A DNA stretch of 64,000 nt, taken from assembly GCA_965603825.1 (NCBI GenBank), contig CBFDEM010000035.1, positions 620,001 to 684,000 on the forward strand, in the 5' to 3' direction. The notes below the pieces were generated by a model. The model ran no database searches, was not told the origin of the DNA, and saw only the letters and a program-made list of their open reading frames with translations. Of the stretch, positions 48,135 through 61,378 are shown in pieces (within the stretch, counting starts at the first letter, position 1; each line of letters begins with the position of its first letter). This DNA comes from Blepharisma stoltei ATCC 30299 (lineage: Eukaryota > Protista > Ciliophora). Made by a program: the position numbers and the translations under genes.

Positions 48135-49127
48135 TTTATTATTAAGTATATTTGATTGGTTTTTCTTTTATTGCACAATATCAGAATACATAATCTCAGC
48201 TGCTATGGCTTTCTTTCCTTTGAAAAAGGCGCCATTCTCAAATGAAAATGCTGAGTTAAATGAAAATTTTGCTGAGCTAATAGTCTGGAAAGCTGATATA
48301 AATCAACCAATAAAGGTTGAAGGTTTAATTATAAAGAAAGAAAAGAGCGACAAATTATACTTGAGTAACATTCAGAAGTTGTTCGGAAGATCAAAATTAA
48401 CAAAATCAGAGCCAAAACTATAATAAAATCTACAATACTTTAGCTACAGAAGCGGTAGAAGTACTTCTCGAATCTAATTCTGTGTCTAAAGATGTAAATA
48501 GCAATATAAGCCGAACTTATCTTAAGAGTTGAATATCGAAAAATGCCTAAATACCCAAAAACAAGCGAGCCTATGCCAGATAACAGATACTCTGAGTCTT
48601 AAAATGCTTTAACAATGCTCATTATATTCCAGGGAGATTGGCTGATCAAAATATTCCTAAGAGAAAGATTTTTGAATGAAAAAGATCAATTAATAAAAAC
48701 TATAAATACATTCCAGCAAATATGCGTGAATTAAGTCAATCGTCCCTCTTTTATAATTTAATAAATAGCCTAAAGAGAATCCCATATGAAGAAGAACTAA
48801 GCAGATCAATAAATATATTCAAAAATATTCCGGGATTTTAACATAATTTTAGATAGCTTATAGCGATGAAAAATCTAAATTAAAATTCGCTATAATGCTA
48901 TATAAAGTGTTCTTGTATTTACTGAGAGAGAAGCTCAGCATTAATTTAATCAAATTATTCATTCATGAGTTTACTAATAAAAACTTATTCTTTTTGCTAA
49001 CACAAGGAGATATTATCACAAGCTATTACCAGGTAACAAGAATATTTTTAATTTTTATTAAACTCCTATTTATCAAAATTTCAATAAAATGAGAGGAAAC
49101 AATTTATATAATTTTCTTTATATTTTA

Positions 49128-50063
49128 TTATTTCTGGCCTAAAGAAATAAAAAGATCAACTTTCGCTTGTGATTCCCCACAAAATTCTCCTAACTCTTCT
49201 CCCAATGTATTTAGCTGCTGTGAGACAAGTAAACTTTCAAGTCTACTTGGTGGCTGTATAGGTCTATAAAGTGATCCTGTCCCTTCTGTCAAATCTAACA
49301 AAGGCTCTCCTCTCTCTTCTCTTTTTTTATTTTCCGCCTCTCTCTGAGCCTCATGAAATTTTTGCTGTTGTTTTTGTTTTTGTACCGCCTTTGTATACCC
49401 ATACAGCTTTTGCTGCCTTTCTAACAGCTCATCAAGCCCTTGCTCTATCGCTTCCAAATGCTTCTTAATAAAAGGCTCAAAGCAGTCTTTATCTGTGACC
49501 TCATAAGGATCTGGGGCGTATTGTGCTAAAAAGGCATTAGTTACCATGCTGTTTTCTATTCTTAAAGGAATTTCAGTGAAAACTGTTTTTGAGTTGACTC
49601 CTAATGAAGCTGCTCTTTGTGTAGTGAATTCTTCATCACTGAAAAAATCAAGGAATTCTTGAGTGAGTCTATATGCTTTTAATGGAAACCCACCAGAAAC
49701 AAGCAAAACTGGGTCATAGACGACCATAACAGCATTAGGGATTTCAATCTGCATGTTGTACTGGTACTCAATGGAACTTATGTCTAAAAATTCTCCTTCA
49801 TCTGAACGCTGATACCAGCCGATTACGGAATTTTCAAAATATAGGTCTTTTAGCTGTTTACACATTATTCTGCTATAATCTTCCAATTCTTGAGGGCCGA
49901 TAGAGGAGTTTGAAGGGAGAGGGAAACAATTTGTGACTTCGAGTGAGTTAGATGACTCGAGACCTATAAGTTGGCCAATAGCTGTAGCATCTGTATCTTG
50001 ACAGTGCTGAATTACTTTGAGAAGAACTGTTCCTTCTAATTTAACACAGAAAAGATCTGACAT
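49128..50063 (-). CDS. EIF3H: Translation initiation factor eIF3 subunit h (311 aa)
   Basis: MPN domain (VKLEGTVLLKVIQHC, GQLIGL, LEVTNCFPLP, IGWY) and EAENKKREERGEPLL..PPSRLESLL; ATG at 50063. Confidence 0.93.
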   Translation of the reverse strand: MSDLFCVKLEGTVLLKVIQHCQDTDATAIGQLIGLESSNSLEVTNCFPLPSNSSIGPQELEDYSRIMCKQLKDLYFENSVIGWYQRSDEGEFLDISSIEYQYNMQIEIPNAVMVVYDPVLLVSGGFPLKAYRLTQEFLDFFSDEEFTTQRAASLGVNSKTVFTEIPLRIENSMVTNAFLAQYAPDPYEVTDKDCFEPFIKKHLEAIEQGLDELLERQQKLYGYTKAVQKQKQQQKFHEAQREAENKKREERGEPLLDLTEGTGSLYRPIQPPSRLESLLVSQQLNTLGEELGEFCGESQAKVDLFISLGQK

Positions 50064-50442
50064 TTTTGGCCTGTAAATTATATAATTTAACACAAGTGAT
50101 AAACTGGAGAAAGTAATACTAAATTACTGATAATAAAGAAATTTCACTGTTATTTTCTTTAAAATATGCATTTTTGGCATTAAGCCAAGTTCATTTTGTA
50201 CCTTGATATTGATAGAGCTCCCTGTATATTTAATAAAAGCCGAAGAAAAATGATTTTAAATAAAATTTTGTTAGCGAGAGATTTTTTTGATCCCTAAAAA
50301 AAGGAATAAAAGACCTATAGTTATTCATTCCGCGCCTCTAAAATGATTGCCTAATTAATTAGCACCTATGTAATTCTAAAAACAAGGATAATTTCAAACA
50401 TTTAAAGAATAAAAATATTATTAAATAGGTTTTATTTAATAA

Positions 50443-51114
50443 ATGTTAAAACAATTTAAAGAGTTCTTAAATACTCCATATCGGAAGGTAACTCCTATAA
50501 ATATTTGGAATGCTTCAAAATGCACATGGAATTACTACTCACAAAGAAGAGAATTATCAGTTAAACATAAGCTCCGGCCTTATCATTTGCCATACCTGAT
50601 TTTTCAGCAGCAATATTTAGATTATAAAAGATGAAAAAACTCATTAGACTTCAATACAAAATTATATAGATATCAGCATAAAGAAACAATATTCAGAGAT
50701 ATCACTGAAGTAAAATATTTTATTCCAGACAGACAGAGAATATTAAAGGAGTCGATTAAGCCCGGACTGACTTTAAAGCAAAAATTGATGCATTTTTGGA
50801 GCGAAATCAAGGTAGAAGGTCCGCTACATATCATGATACCAGGGATCTTACAGAATTTCTTAAAATATCTACGGTCTGCCAAATGGCTTGACTCTTTCTC
50901 AAAATGGATAATTACATACGTCAACCTCTACCACAAAGCTTTACAGGAACTTGTAGAAGGACACAGAGAAGTAACAAAAAATCACAGCACTGAAATTAAT
51001 GGGAAAACTGTCGAGCAAAAAATAAAAGAATTCGAAGAAAAACTTCAATCAAACCAATTCTCTTATGAGCATGCAAGGTCGCTTATTAAAAATAAAAAAG
51101 ATGAGAATAATTAA
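50443..51114 (+). CDS. Hypothetical protein (223 aa)
   Basis: Two in-frame track ORFs joined by TGA 50632-50634. Confidence 0.7.
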
Positions 51115-51149
51115 GTTGGGATTGAAAAATCTATAAAATTAGGTTTATT

Positions 51150-51771
51150 ATGAAGCCTAGTAAAAAAATGAAATATATGATTTATTTTAATTTGTCTTCA
51201 TTGTGGTGTTGTGCCCCAGTAGATCCAACAGTTGATTTCCGTCATAGTCATATCGAAGCCAGTGATGGTTTATTGTGAACAGACGTTTTTATACAAGTTG
51301 ACAGAACGACAATATGAGATAGTGATTATCTTAAAACCACAAAATCTGGAGAAACAATATCACCAGATACTGAACAGTAATTCTTATTCAAGATATAAAA
51401 TAACAAAAGACCAAGGAAACACATCAGGAGTAGCAAAGATTTTTTTACCTAGAGAGCCTGGAAACTACGATATTTTTTATATTCGGGAAGAAAATTATCA
51501 TGCAAGGATTTTAGGAAAATATATCATAAAGCTAAGCCCAATTCTTATATCAAGCTTTCAAGAACTTAAAGTTGAAAGAGTCCATTACCCTCCATATCTT
51601 CAAGCTTTGCTAAAAAGACAAGGGATGCTATTTACAGTTCAGGAAACAAGCAGCCCAGGGAGAAGTGAGTCTATTAAAAGCAGCGTCAATCACTCTCAGC
51701 TAGTAATTGATGAGTACCCATTTGAAATAATTCCAAAAAGTAATATGTATAATAAAGTAAATCCTTTATAG
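51150..51771 (+). CDS. Hypothetical protein, possibly a SKICH-like beta-sandwich (201 aa, 1 intron)
   Basis: ATG 51150; frame closes with intron 51377-51392; SGVAKIFLPREPGNYDIFY is weakly SKICH-like. Confidence 0.6.
51377..51392 (+). other. 16-nt spliceosomal intron
   Basis: GTAATTCTTATTCAAG; joins the two reading frames. Confidence 0.7.
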
Positions 51772-52147
51772 AAGTTAAAAGAGATACTGTTTTATTTTAA
51801 ACCTCAAAATTAAGCTTTTAACTAAGTATGAAATTACTGGCATTTTTTATACGATGCAGATTCGAATTAGCTATAGAAGATTAAAGCAGGTGCTGAATTT
51901 ATAAGAAGGACTATCAGTAGCGGCAATCAAAGCCTTAAGGTTGCTCTAATTTATTTATATTATGAAATATGCAAAATTACAATAAATTTTGTTAAAATTA
52001 ATTTCAGCAATAAATATTTAATTCCTTATTTTTAATTTTTGAGCATAAGCAAAGATCGTTGACTTCAATGAACGTCTTTCTCATTTTCCCATTTTTGACA
52101 GTTTTATAAGAAATTGAATCTGTTTTGAATTCTCTATCAAGTCAAAA

Positions 52148-53554
52148 ATGGAAATAGGGGAAAGGCTCAACACTCTTAAATCCGAACTAAATCTAAGTGA
52201 AAACGATGAAAAAGACTTAAAATACAATCTCGCAAGGGTTGATTTCTACATCCACAAATTCGAAATTGAAAAGAGATCTGGAGAAAATTTAGACGAACAA
52301 TTAGAAATTTTAAGAAATAAGATCATCAAAAAGAGAGCACAACTTAGCCAATCCCAGCAAAGAGAAAACAACACAAAAGCTGAAAAAAAATTCGATAGTC
52401 TCTACGACAATATCACACTTACCAAAGCAAAACTTGGCCAGCTCCGAAAAGAAACAGAGGAAATCAAAAACAAAATTCAGCTTTTAAGGCGATTTAATAT
52501 GATTGCAGAGAAAAAACGATATGAAATTAATACAGAAATCAGCAGATCTAAAAGCGCTTCTAGAAGTTTAATTAATTCAGCAACGGCAAATGTTAGCATT
52601 ATTCGCAGCACAAAATCAGTCATGGGCAAGCTTAATAAAAGCTTTAAAACTGACTTTCAAGACAGTAAATTCAAAGAATCAATGCTGTATGCTCAGCTAA
52701 GGGACTGCAAATCAGTCACCCCAAAAGTAAAAAGACCGAGAACTCCCTTTGCTGAAATTTCTGTCTATTTAAAACTTTTGAAATTTTTAGGCAAAAAATG
52801 AATAAAAGCGACTAAAGAAAGGTCGCTGCAGATTAAGGAGTATCAAAGCCATATAAAAGATATATCAAGGGCGCTTTTTGCGATAGGAAATTCCATTTCT
52901 TCACATGATGTGGCTGAAATCGCAAAAATGCATTCTTCAAGCTATGATCAGGAATTACGGTTAAGATGCCATATTTTGGAAATAAGTGAAAATATAGAGA
53001 AAATTGAGAAGAAGCTTGCAAATACTGAGATGAAAATTAAGGCTATATCGAATTCTTCCCAGTCTGTAGATTATCATAAAATAAATTTTGTTTCAGCAAA
53101 AAAGGGTGAGCTGAGTAAAGTCAAAGAGAAAATTGAGAAAAAAAATAATCAGCACAAAGAATGTGAAGATGGCATTAAATATTATATGAAAATCTTAACT
53201 GAGCTTTCCTCGTCTTTAAAAACGATATGTCCTTTTAAGCCAACAATTGGATTTCCTGATGAAGAAATCAGCTGAAAAAACCAAGATGTCTATATGAGCG
53301 CTACAGAAGAAATGATAAAATGACTATCACACGGATACTCAAGCATCACAGGCGAAAAATCAGATACCTTTGACTCTATAATCAGCACCAGCACATCTCC
53401 ACATTCAAAATTTGATTTTCAGCTAAAAAAAGTCGAATCAGGGATTTTCACACAAAATTTCGACGAAATACAAACCCCTCTCTCCCTTACCGACCTCAGA
53501 CACAATGCCAGATGGCACTTAAGCAAGTTCGCCTCCTCCAAGCAGTTACACTAA
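52148..53554 (+). CDS. Coiled-coil protein, loosely outer-dynein-arm docking complex-like (468 aa)
   Basis: In-frame through three TGA codons to TAA 53554; family call is weak. Confidence 0.7.
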
Positions 53555-53611
53555 CCTCCATTTTGCTATCATTAATATTAATTTAATTTAATGGGGGTTT
53601 TATAAATAATA

Positions 53612-53878
53612 ATGGACAATTCTCAAAAGCAGCACACTTTATTTAAGCAAGCCAGGGTCAAAGAAGCAATGATTTACGGTCTCCACCGAGCCTCAAAAAA
53701 GAGCTATATCCCAATCCCTCTGCTTGAAAGATGAATGAGTGACATGGACCCTGATTTTACCCCAGAGCAAGAAATAGAGCCTGATGTAAGTGTAAGCGAC
53801 CTTCTCGAAGAGTGGGAAAAAATGCATGGAAAGCCTGGGAAAACCAGTCAAGAAAAATATTTTAATATAGATGATTAA
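53612..53878 (+). CDS. Small acidic protein (88 aa)
   Basis: MDNSQKQ...LLER[W]MSDMDPDFTPEQEIEPD...FNIDD*; missed by the track because of TGA. Confidence 0.7.
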
Positions 53879-53887
53879 TTCATATAA

Positions 53888-54526
53888 ATGGAAGATTTAA
53901 AAGAACTTGTCATAGAAACTCTTGATAACAATGGGATTTTGGATACAATAAGGGCACAGCTTAGAAGCAGTGTTTTTAATGCGCTACAGCAGGAGCAGGC
54001 TAAAGCAGGCGGCAATAAGACTGAAGCCCAAAAAGTGATGGAAACTGAGCCAGGGCAGCTTTGCTCTGAGCTGTTCAGGGATTTTTTGCAAAATTTAGGC
54101 ATGGTGCATACCTTAAATGTCTGGCTTCCTGAGTGCAAGCTCCCTGAAGAGCCGAAAGATAGGTCTTTTATTGAGAACAAACTGAATATCAAAGGTGACA
54201 ACAACCCGCTCATATATCAAGTCATTAAGAAATTCAAAGAAAGCCAGTCCCAGAAGCAAGAAAGCAAAGAGCCAGAAGAGCTTAAGCCTCCAGCTTCAGA
54301 AGAGAGGCCTAAAACTATAGGAAGTGACGAACAGGAGTACACTGACGATTTTGATGAAATTGATGAGGACATTGAAATCGAAGGCAGTCTAGGGACTGGA
54401 GGAAGAGATTCCCACGGGCCGATAGGAGAAAGCGGTGGTAGCAGCATGGGAATCGACCAATCTGTAGACTCCTTAGCACTAGAAGACTATGACTATACCG
54501 AAAAAGTGAAAAGGGCACAAAAATAA
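53888..54526 (+). CDS. CEP43: FOP/FGFR1OP-like basal body protein (212 aa)
   Basis: TOF/LisH N-terminus LKELVIETLDNNGILDTIRAQLRSSVF; C-terminal DQSVDSLALEDYDYTE. Confidence 0.82.
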   Translation: MEDLKELVIETLDNNGILDTIRAQLRSSVFNALQQEQAKAGGNKTEAQKVMETEPGQLCSELFRDFLQNLGMVHTLNVWLPECKLPEEPKDRSFIENKLNIKGDNNPLIYQVIKKFKESQSQKQESKEPEELKPPASEERPKTIGSDEQEYTDDFDEIDEDIEIEGSLGTGGRDSHGPIGESGGSSMGIDQSVDSLALEDYDYTEKVKRAQK

Positions 54527-54560
54527 AATTGTAAGGATTCTAAGCTAAATAAATTATCAA

Positions 54561-57500
54561 TTAAGAAAGGTGAAAAGCCTCGTGGCCTTCTTCCATGGCG
54601 TATTTCAAATTTCTTTGCAAAATGTCGATTGAGGAATATTCGGGGATTTTTAAGTAGTTTTGGCAGGTCATTACAGAGGGTAAATATTCGTCAGGGTGAG
54701 CGCCAGGCATGCTTGGCTCTTTTTTAACGACTGTGAGTTTTGGGGATAAGTTGGGAAATCCGCCGATAGGAAGTCTTGAGGAGCCTGTGACAAACTGTAA
54801 AAATGTTCGACGCTCAGAAGCAGAAAATTGAGAAATTATGATGAGAAGATTTTGGATAGTTTGGGAAGAGTGGGTGTAGCCATGATCAGGGACTATTGAT
54901 TCTTTTAAAGTGTCTATATCCCATGACTCGTCGATTTCGCCACAAATCATAGTCTCAAGCTCTTCTCCTGTAAATCCTTTTAGAAGATCATATGGAATCA
55001 CGGAATCCAGCCCTTCACGAAATGCAACAGCTTGGGATTCTTGCATTAAAGAGTGCTTAGCAATCAGGCAAATATACTCTTCTAAATTATGCAATGTCAG
55101 AGAAATATTTTTTCCGTTAGGCTTTAGCTCAATTTCATCATATCCAGGCAGGGTAAATGTAAGTCCTAAGTCCTTAATTCTAGCTCCTTTATACGAGTAG
55201 TCTCCCTTTCTATCTTTTGAGCTGTTTCTTTTATTAACAATTTCATATAAATCAAATAAGGTTTTCCCAAGTGTTTTATCAATGCTCAAAATGTCATTCA
55301 TCGTAATATTCTCGTTCATAACTAATTTCCAAAACACTGAAGATAAAGGCAAATCCAGCTGTTTTTCATCAAGCAGTGATTTTCCTACAAGTCTTCCTAT
55401 AAATGAAAAATATTTCAAAGCATTTTTTCCAGCTGACTGCAATGGTGACGGAAACAGTCCCAACTCTTCTCCTGAATTTCTCCAAATTCTGAGATTTCTT
55501 ATAGACCTTCCGACCAAGCTATAAAACTCTTGAGTCGGGCCTATTCCAGTCCCAACTTCATTTTCATACTCAAACTCAATCGGTCCCATCTTCAATAATG
55601 TAGCATCCGACATCACAAACATCGCATTTTCTAGCATTTTTTCTCTATTTATCCTTATTTTTTGCTTATTCGGTATCCCTTCTTTCCATAAGCTGCTCAT
55701 TTTTTCTATTCCTATATATCTAAAAATCCCGAACTTAATAGGATAAGGGACTAAAAATTTGCATTCTTGAAGAAGTGATGCAGCCCAGCTTGGTAAGTCT
55801 GAGTTTTCTTCTTGCAAATGCCTTGATAATTGGATGCTGATCTTATTAGATTTAAAATAATTTTCGTGGATTGGATAAACAATGCTTTGAGGTTCTGAGG
55901 ATTTAAATAAAAGCGAGGAAGGGGATAAAATCAAAGGCAAAAAACTATTCACTTTGTAAAAGAATTTAAGGAGGCTGAGATAGGGTATTATTTTTGCTTC
56001 TTCAGTGCTGTCTAAGCCTGTTTTTTGACTTTCTTTGATCAAGTCTTTGTAAATTGAGACTGAGTCTCAGAGAAACTTGCATTCTTTTGAGATACGCCTG
56101 GGGGGAGAAAATCGGAATTTTATTTCTTCAAATCTGCCATATTTAATGAGCAAGTCATAAACGCATAGCCCGGGTTCTATTTCTTGGCCATTTATTGTCG
56201 TGATTACTTCGATTTCATCAGGCTTTGATTTGGTTTTTTGAGCGACTTCAAAGTGGTTGCTGTGCTTAAGGGGTTTGAGATCTTTAGAAGTAATTAGCAT
56301 TTTATGCTTGGCACTAATTGTTTCTAATTTTTGTGTTTTTTGATTAAATGCAGCATTTTTTTTAAAAACGTTTTTAAAGACGTTTAATTCTTCTTTATCT
56401 CTTATCCTTAATAAGGCAGTTTTTATCTCATCAAACGGAATTGAATTTTCAGCTATAATATTAAATTTGCTATTTTTTGCAAAAAAAGCCATTTTCCCAG
56501 CTAGCTCATGCTTATATTCTTGATTAATGATTTCAGCTTCATTTGGTGCGAAATCAAAAACCAAACGTGTTTTTTGAGCAAGCTCCTTGTTATTTGGCCT
56601 AACCAAAGCAGGCTCAGGGTCTTTTTCTATGAACTTGTGGTCATAATTTCCAGCACCTTCAAGCAGTCTAATTAAAGTGATCAAGCGATATTCTCCTTTA
56701 TTATTTTCTTTAATAAACTCATGTAAAAACTCTTGCAGCCTTCATATAAAAACTTTGCATGATTTATTATCCTCCAAATCCCCTTCACTGAATCACCTTC
56801 ATATAGCTTCCACAAGTCCTGAATTACTAAACTCAAATAAACTTGGACATTTTTCACCTTCCAGCATTTCAATTAGTCTGCTTCAAATTTCTTGTGCAGT
56901 TTCATTTTGGAATAATTTTCTTGCAAGTTTTTTAAGGTCTTTGGCAACGCGCAAAGCTTTTTTGTTTTCTAGCTGGTCTGCTTTAGCAATTATAGCGGAG
57001 CTTTCTCTTTTTATTTCGTTTTTGTGAAATCCTCTTTCATAGGTAAGCGTTTTAAATGTTGGAAAAAACTCAGGCGGCGGCTCAGTCCCAGTCCTATTTA
57101 TACGTCTTGGCATTTTTCAGTCATCTGGAGGTTGGAGGGTATTTTCTTCGCCAATATTATTAATTGATTTTCTTATTTGAGGAACTTGTTTACTTGCATC
57201 CTGATTATTGAATAATTGAGCTTTATATACAATGCCTTCTCTTATAAAAAGTTCAGAAATTTCTTGAGGAATTTTATCATAACAAATATTTACAATTTTC
57301 AGTCCGCTTAAAATTACAGTTGGGTAGCTTGAATGTAAGACTTCCGATAAAAAGCTTGCTATAGCTTGTGAGTTGGTAAACGTTAATAAATACTCTGAGT
57401 GGGCCATAACAAAAATTTTTACCAAACTATTCACAATCAAACTTTCTTCTTCTTTATTAATACACGTTTGATAGCACAAAATTAGACTCGATGTCAAATT

Positions 57501-58577
57501 TTCCCCCAAGTTTCTAATATATCTTGTATGTTTTCTAAATGCATACGCTTTTTCTTTTACTATTGGGTCTTTAGTGAAGTCTTCAGGCAGAATTGTGTCA
57601 ATTAGTTGCAAAGCATCAAAAAAATAGTCTTTATCGAACCCTTTTTCAAGAGCTTCTTTAAGGATCGGACCAATCCCAAGATTAATCAGGCTAATGCTGA
57701 GCGCTGACGAGCATCGACATATTAATCCTAATAATTTAAAAATTTTCATTTCCAATACTGGAGCTTCATGGACAATTCCTAATATATTATTAAGTATCCC
57801 TTGCTCTCCCATACTTTGCAAGTGAGCTTTAAGCTCCTTCAAGTCTTTTGAAAACAGTCTGGCTAGGTTTTCTAATAAAGCTATTAAGAAATCAATAGCA
57901 GACTCAGTTTGTAGACAATGGTCTGCGCCTCTATACGTCATCATTGATAAAATGCTAGGTAGCATAGGGACGATATATTGCAAAAAAAATTTTTGTGATG
58001 TCAATGATTTTGCAATATTTACGATTATACTCCATATTCTTTTTTGTGTCTCTTTATCATAAAACTCTAATGTATTTACCAAATTTTCAAAAACTCTGTC
58101 CATTATGATTTCTGATGTAGACTCATACGAAATTTTTTCAAGTAATTTAATTGCCTGCTCAGCGACATCAATAAATTCAAAATTTGCGAGTTTTGTACTG
58201 AGAATCCCTATGCCTCCTCTTGCTATGAATAGCCCAGCTATGTTAGGTAACGTGTCCAGCATAGTCATCAAGCAAGAAATTGCTTGGAGTACTATGTCAG
58301 GAAAATGGTCAATTTGCAGACAAGTGGCGAAGGCAGTGACCAGAGGATCGAGGGGTATAGCAGCCAAGAGGTCTTCTTGAATAATTGCAAGCTCTATAGA
58401 GAGCTGATTGAGGATGATAAGAATATTGATTTCATCAGAATTGTCAAGAGCCATTATGAGGGCGTGAATACTTTGAGCTATTGTTGTGAAGCCTGACAAC
58501 TGAAACATGTTGTGTCCTCCGTGATCAGAAAACTCATGACTATTAGAGGATGGTCCTTTATTGTTTGTTTTTCTCAT
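54561..58577 (-). CDS. TRIP12: ARM-repeat HECT E3 ligase, TRIP12/UPL3/Ufd4 type (1338 aa)
   Basis: FIDVAEQAIKLLEKIS, FIREGIV, EVGTGIGPTQEFY and YLPSVMTCQNYLKIPEYSS; one frame via TGA=Trp. Confidence 0.92.
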
Positions 58578-58974
58578 ATTATTATAACAGATTCTCTATG
58601 AATTCATTTAAAAGTTAAGGGATTAGTGAGGGCTTTGAAGTTCTATAGGGATAGATGAGGGAAAAAAGAGGCAAATTTTTGAGGCAGACAGAAGATTTTC
58701 GGATATTTTTTAAAATTAAAAAAAAATTATGAAATTGGAAGGTAAATAAAAAATTTACTTGGAAAATCTTAAAGAAGACTTTTAGCTTGCATAGATTGCA
58801 CTTTGAAGCTTAAGGGCTTTTTACAAGAATAAGTGGTCTATAATAAAAGTGGTATTTTCTCCAAGTTAAATAGTCTTTCCATATTTATCAAACAACCTCA
58901 CACAGTTATACATGATATGAATTATTTTTACCTTTCTATTGACATTAAACGCTACTTAATTATCAAAAATCTGC

Positions 58975-60906
58975 CTAACTGGACTGAAAATCATATCGAA
59001 TTTTCAAGCTATTTATATGCTCCACAGGAATTATAGGCACAACTTTCCATTCCGATATTTTAAGTACCACAACATCTTCATTAATTCTTTCAAAATGCAG
59101 CACATAATATCCATAGTCCTGCAGCCCTTCTTTTACACTTTCCTCCTCTATAGAGTCATACTCAATATAAGGCTCATTGACTAATCTTCCAAGCAGCGAC
59201 ACATTTTGGCATATTACCTTTCTTTTCGTAATAAATTTCGACACAAATGGCAGCGCGTCTTGCATAGGCCGGTGCATGCAGTTTGACTTTGACTCTTTTT
59301 CTCTGTTTTTTGTAAAAGCGACCACTCCCATGTTAAAAATTTTGAGTTTTTTAGAGGAGTCTAGGGCTAGAAAATCTGTGATATGTGAAGAAACGTAGTA
59401 AAAATTTTTCTTTTTTGAGGAGGCTGTGAAGAGTTGGGAGAGTGGGAGAGTTTCAATACCGTAGCAGGATAAGAGATTTTGGTATTCTTCGGAGTCTTCT
59501 GATAGCGGCAAAAAATTCTCACCTTTGATGACGTCTCGCCATTTTTGCTTTTTTTGTGGATTTTTGGCTTCTTCGACTGGTTGAGGGGCTTCACTTAGTG
59601 GCTGAGAGGCATCAACTAAAGGTTGAGAAGCTTCGCTTGGTGGCTGAGAGGCTTCTTCAGTAGGCTGAGTAGCTTCTTCAACAGGCTGAGGAGCTTCTAT
59701 GTGAGGCTGCACTGAAATAAGCTTTTCTGCAGTTTTTCGAAATAGCGCAATATAAAACCCTCCAGAATTCTGGTCATGCGGCATAATTCTTACTGTATTT
59801 ATAATCTCTTCTGGAATATCCACTGGAAACGCCGATGCTTTTATAGCTGTATTCTGACCAGCCAGCTCCTCAATATTCTTATACTCAATAAACCTATACT
59901 GCTCCTTTTTCCTGGCATTCCCAAACACCTTCCAAGTCTTCAGACCCCTTCTAAACGCAAGTCCAGGGCATTTTTCTTCTAAAATCTCAGGCAAATTTTG
60001 TATTTCTAGCGTCCCTTGAAATCTCTTATAAACCTCATTAACGACCGCCTCATTTTCAATAGGATTTAATGAGCACGTAGAATAGCACACCAATCCTCCT
60101 ACCTTACAAAGCTCAATTGCCCTTATTAAAATGTCAATTTGTAGCCCATGGATTGCGTAGCCTTCTTTTACGTTCCATTCTTTCCATTTCAAAGGTAATT
60201 TTCTAATAGCTCCATCTCCTGTGCAAGGGACGTCACATAAAACTCGGTCAAATTTGAAATTCCCTTCACCAATCATAGGGAAATTTTGGGCTGGGTGGTT
60301 TACAACGACCATACAGCTTGTATTGCTTCTGTGCAGCTGGTGGATTAGCATATAAGCGCGATTTTTATCGACATCGTTAGCGACCACGAGGCCTTCACCT
60401 TGCATGATTTCAATTATTTGGGCTGTTTTTGAGCCAGGAGCTGCGCAGATGTCTAAGACAGTTTGGTTAGGGTGTATGTCAAGAACAAGAGGAGGAATCA
60501 TAGAGACCAGCTCTTGGCGGGTGACTAAGCCACAGTCATTAGCGTTTAATAAAAATGTGTGGAACGCCTTGACTGATGGCACCTTCCTCAGCTCAGTCTT
60601 GTGGCTGTTTGCTTCTCATACTAAAGAATTAGGGTACCAAGGGATGCATTTTAATTTGAAATTTTCAGTCTCATAGAGAGATGAGGACAGCTTGCTTATG
60701 ACTATTTGATAATTTTGCTGTGTTGGATTAACCCTAAAAGCTATTGGTAAAGGCTGTTTAGCTATTTCCCAAAAAGCCTCAAAATCTTCATCAGTAATCC
60801 CCAGCTGCCTCTGATAGAACTCTTTCATGACCAAATTTTCTTTCTTTGGAGTATACCCATATTTCTCATTTTTCTGCTTCTTTTCTTCTATCCCTAGCTC
60901 TTCCAT
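58975..60906 (-). CDS. NSUN2: tRNA (cytosine-5)-methyltransferase NSUN2/Trm4 (643 aa)
   Basis: RQELVSMIPP, VLDICAAPGSKT, DVPCTGDG, YSTCSLNPIENE and PHDQNSGGF. Confidence 0.95.
59568..59697 (-). repeat. About six imperfect 21-bp coding tandem repeats (EA[S/P/T]QPxx)
   Basis: EAPQPVE EATQPTE EASQPPS EASQPLV DASQPLS EAPQPVE inside NSUN2. Confidence 0.9.
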
Positions 60907-60961
60907 CTTGCAACCTTAATTTTACACGTAGAAATTGCGGAATTTCTGAAGTTAATAATAA

Positions 60962-61378
60962 ATGGCCATCAAAACAATCAGTCTCCTTGTTCTACTTAGC
61001 GTTGTGCTCCTTACCTCAGCTGACGAAGATTCCAACGTCTTGGTGCTTACTGATGCCACCGTCGACAAAGCTATTGCAGACAACGAAAACATCCTCGTCG
61101 AGTTCTACGCCCCATGGTGCGGACACTGCAAGAGACTTGCTCCTGAATACGAGAAAGCTGCTAATTTGCTAAAGGAAAAGGGCTCTAAGGTTGTTATTGC
61201 CAAAGTAGACGCTACTGTTGAGAAAGCTGCAGCATCATCAAGACAAATCAGAGGATACCCAACACTTATATTTTTCCAAAGAGGACAAGAAGTTGAGAAA
61301 TACGGAGGAGCTAGAACTGCTGAAGCCATTGTGGACTACCTACAAGGCAAGGCTGGAGAAAAGAGAACAGAACTCTAA
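60962..61378 (+). CDS. Single-thioredoxin-domain protein disulfide isomerase (138 aa)
   Basis: Signal peptide, EFYAPWCGHCK and a C-terminal RTEL ER-retention-like signal. Confidence 0.93.
   Translation: MAIKTISLLVLLSVVLLTSADEDSNVLVLTDATVDKAIADNENILVEFYAPWCGHCKRLAPEYEKAANLLKEKGSKVVIAKVDATVEKAAASSRQIRGYPTLIFFQRGQEVEKYGGARTAEAIVDYLQGKAGEKRTEL

Noticed and set aside
48205-48850. Coding-like stretch on + after the UBA gene
   Set aside because: Multiple TAA stops and frame changes with no intron rescue and no recognisable family; possibly a decayed gene but unsupported.
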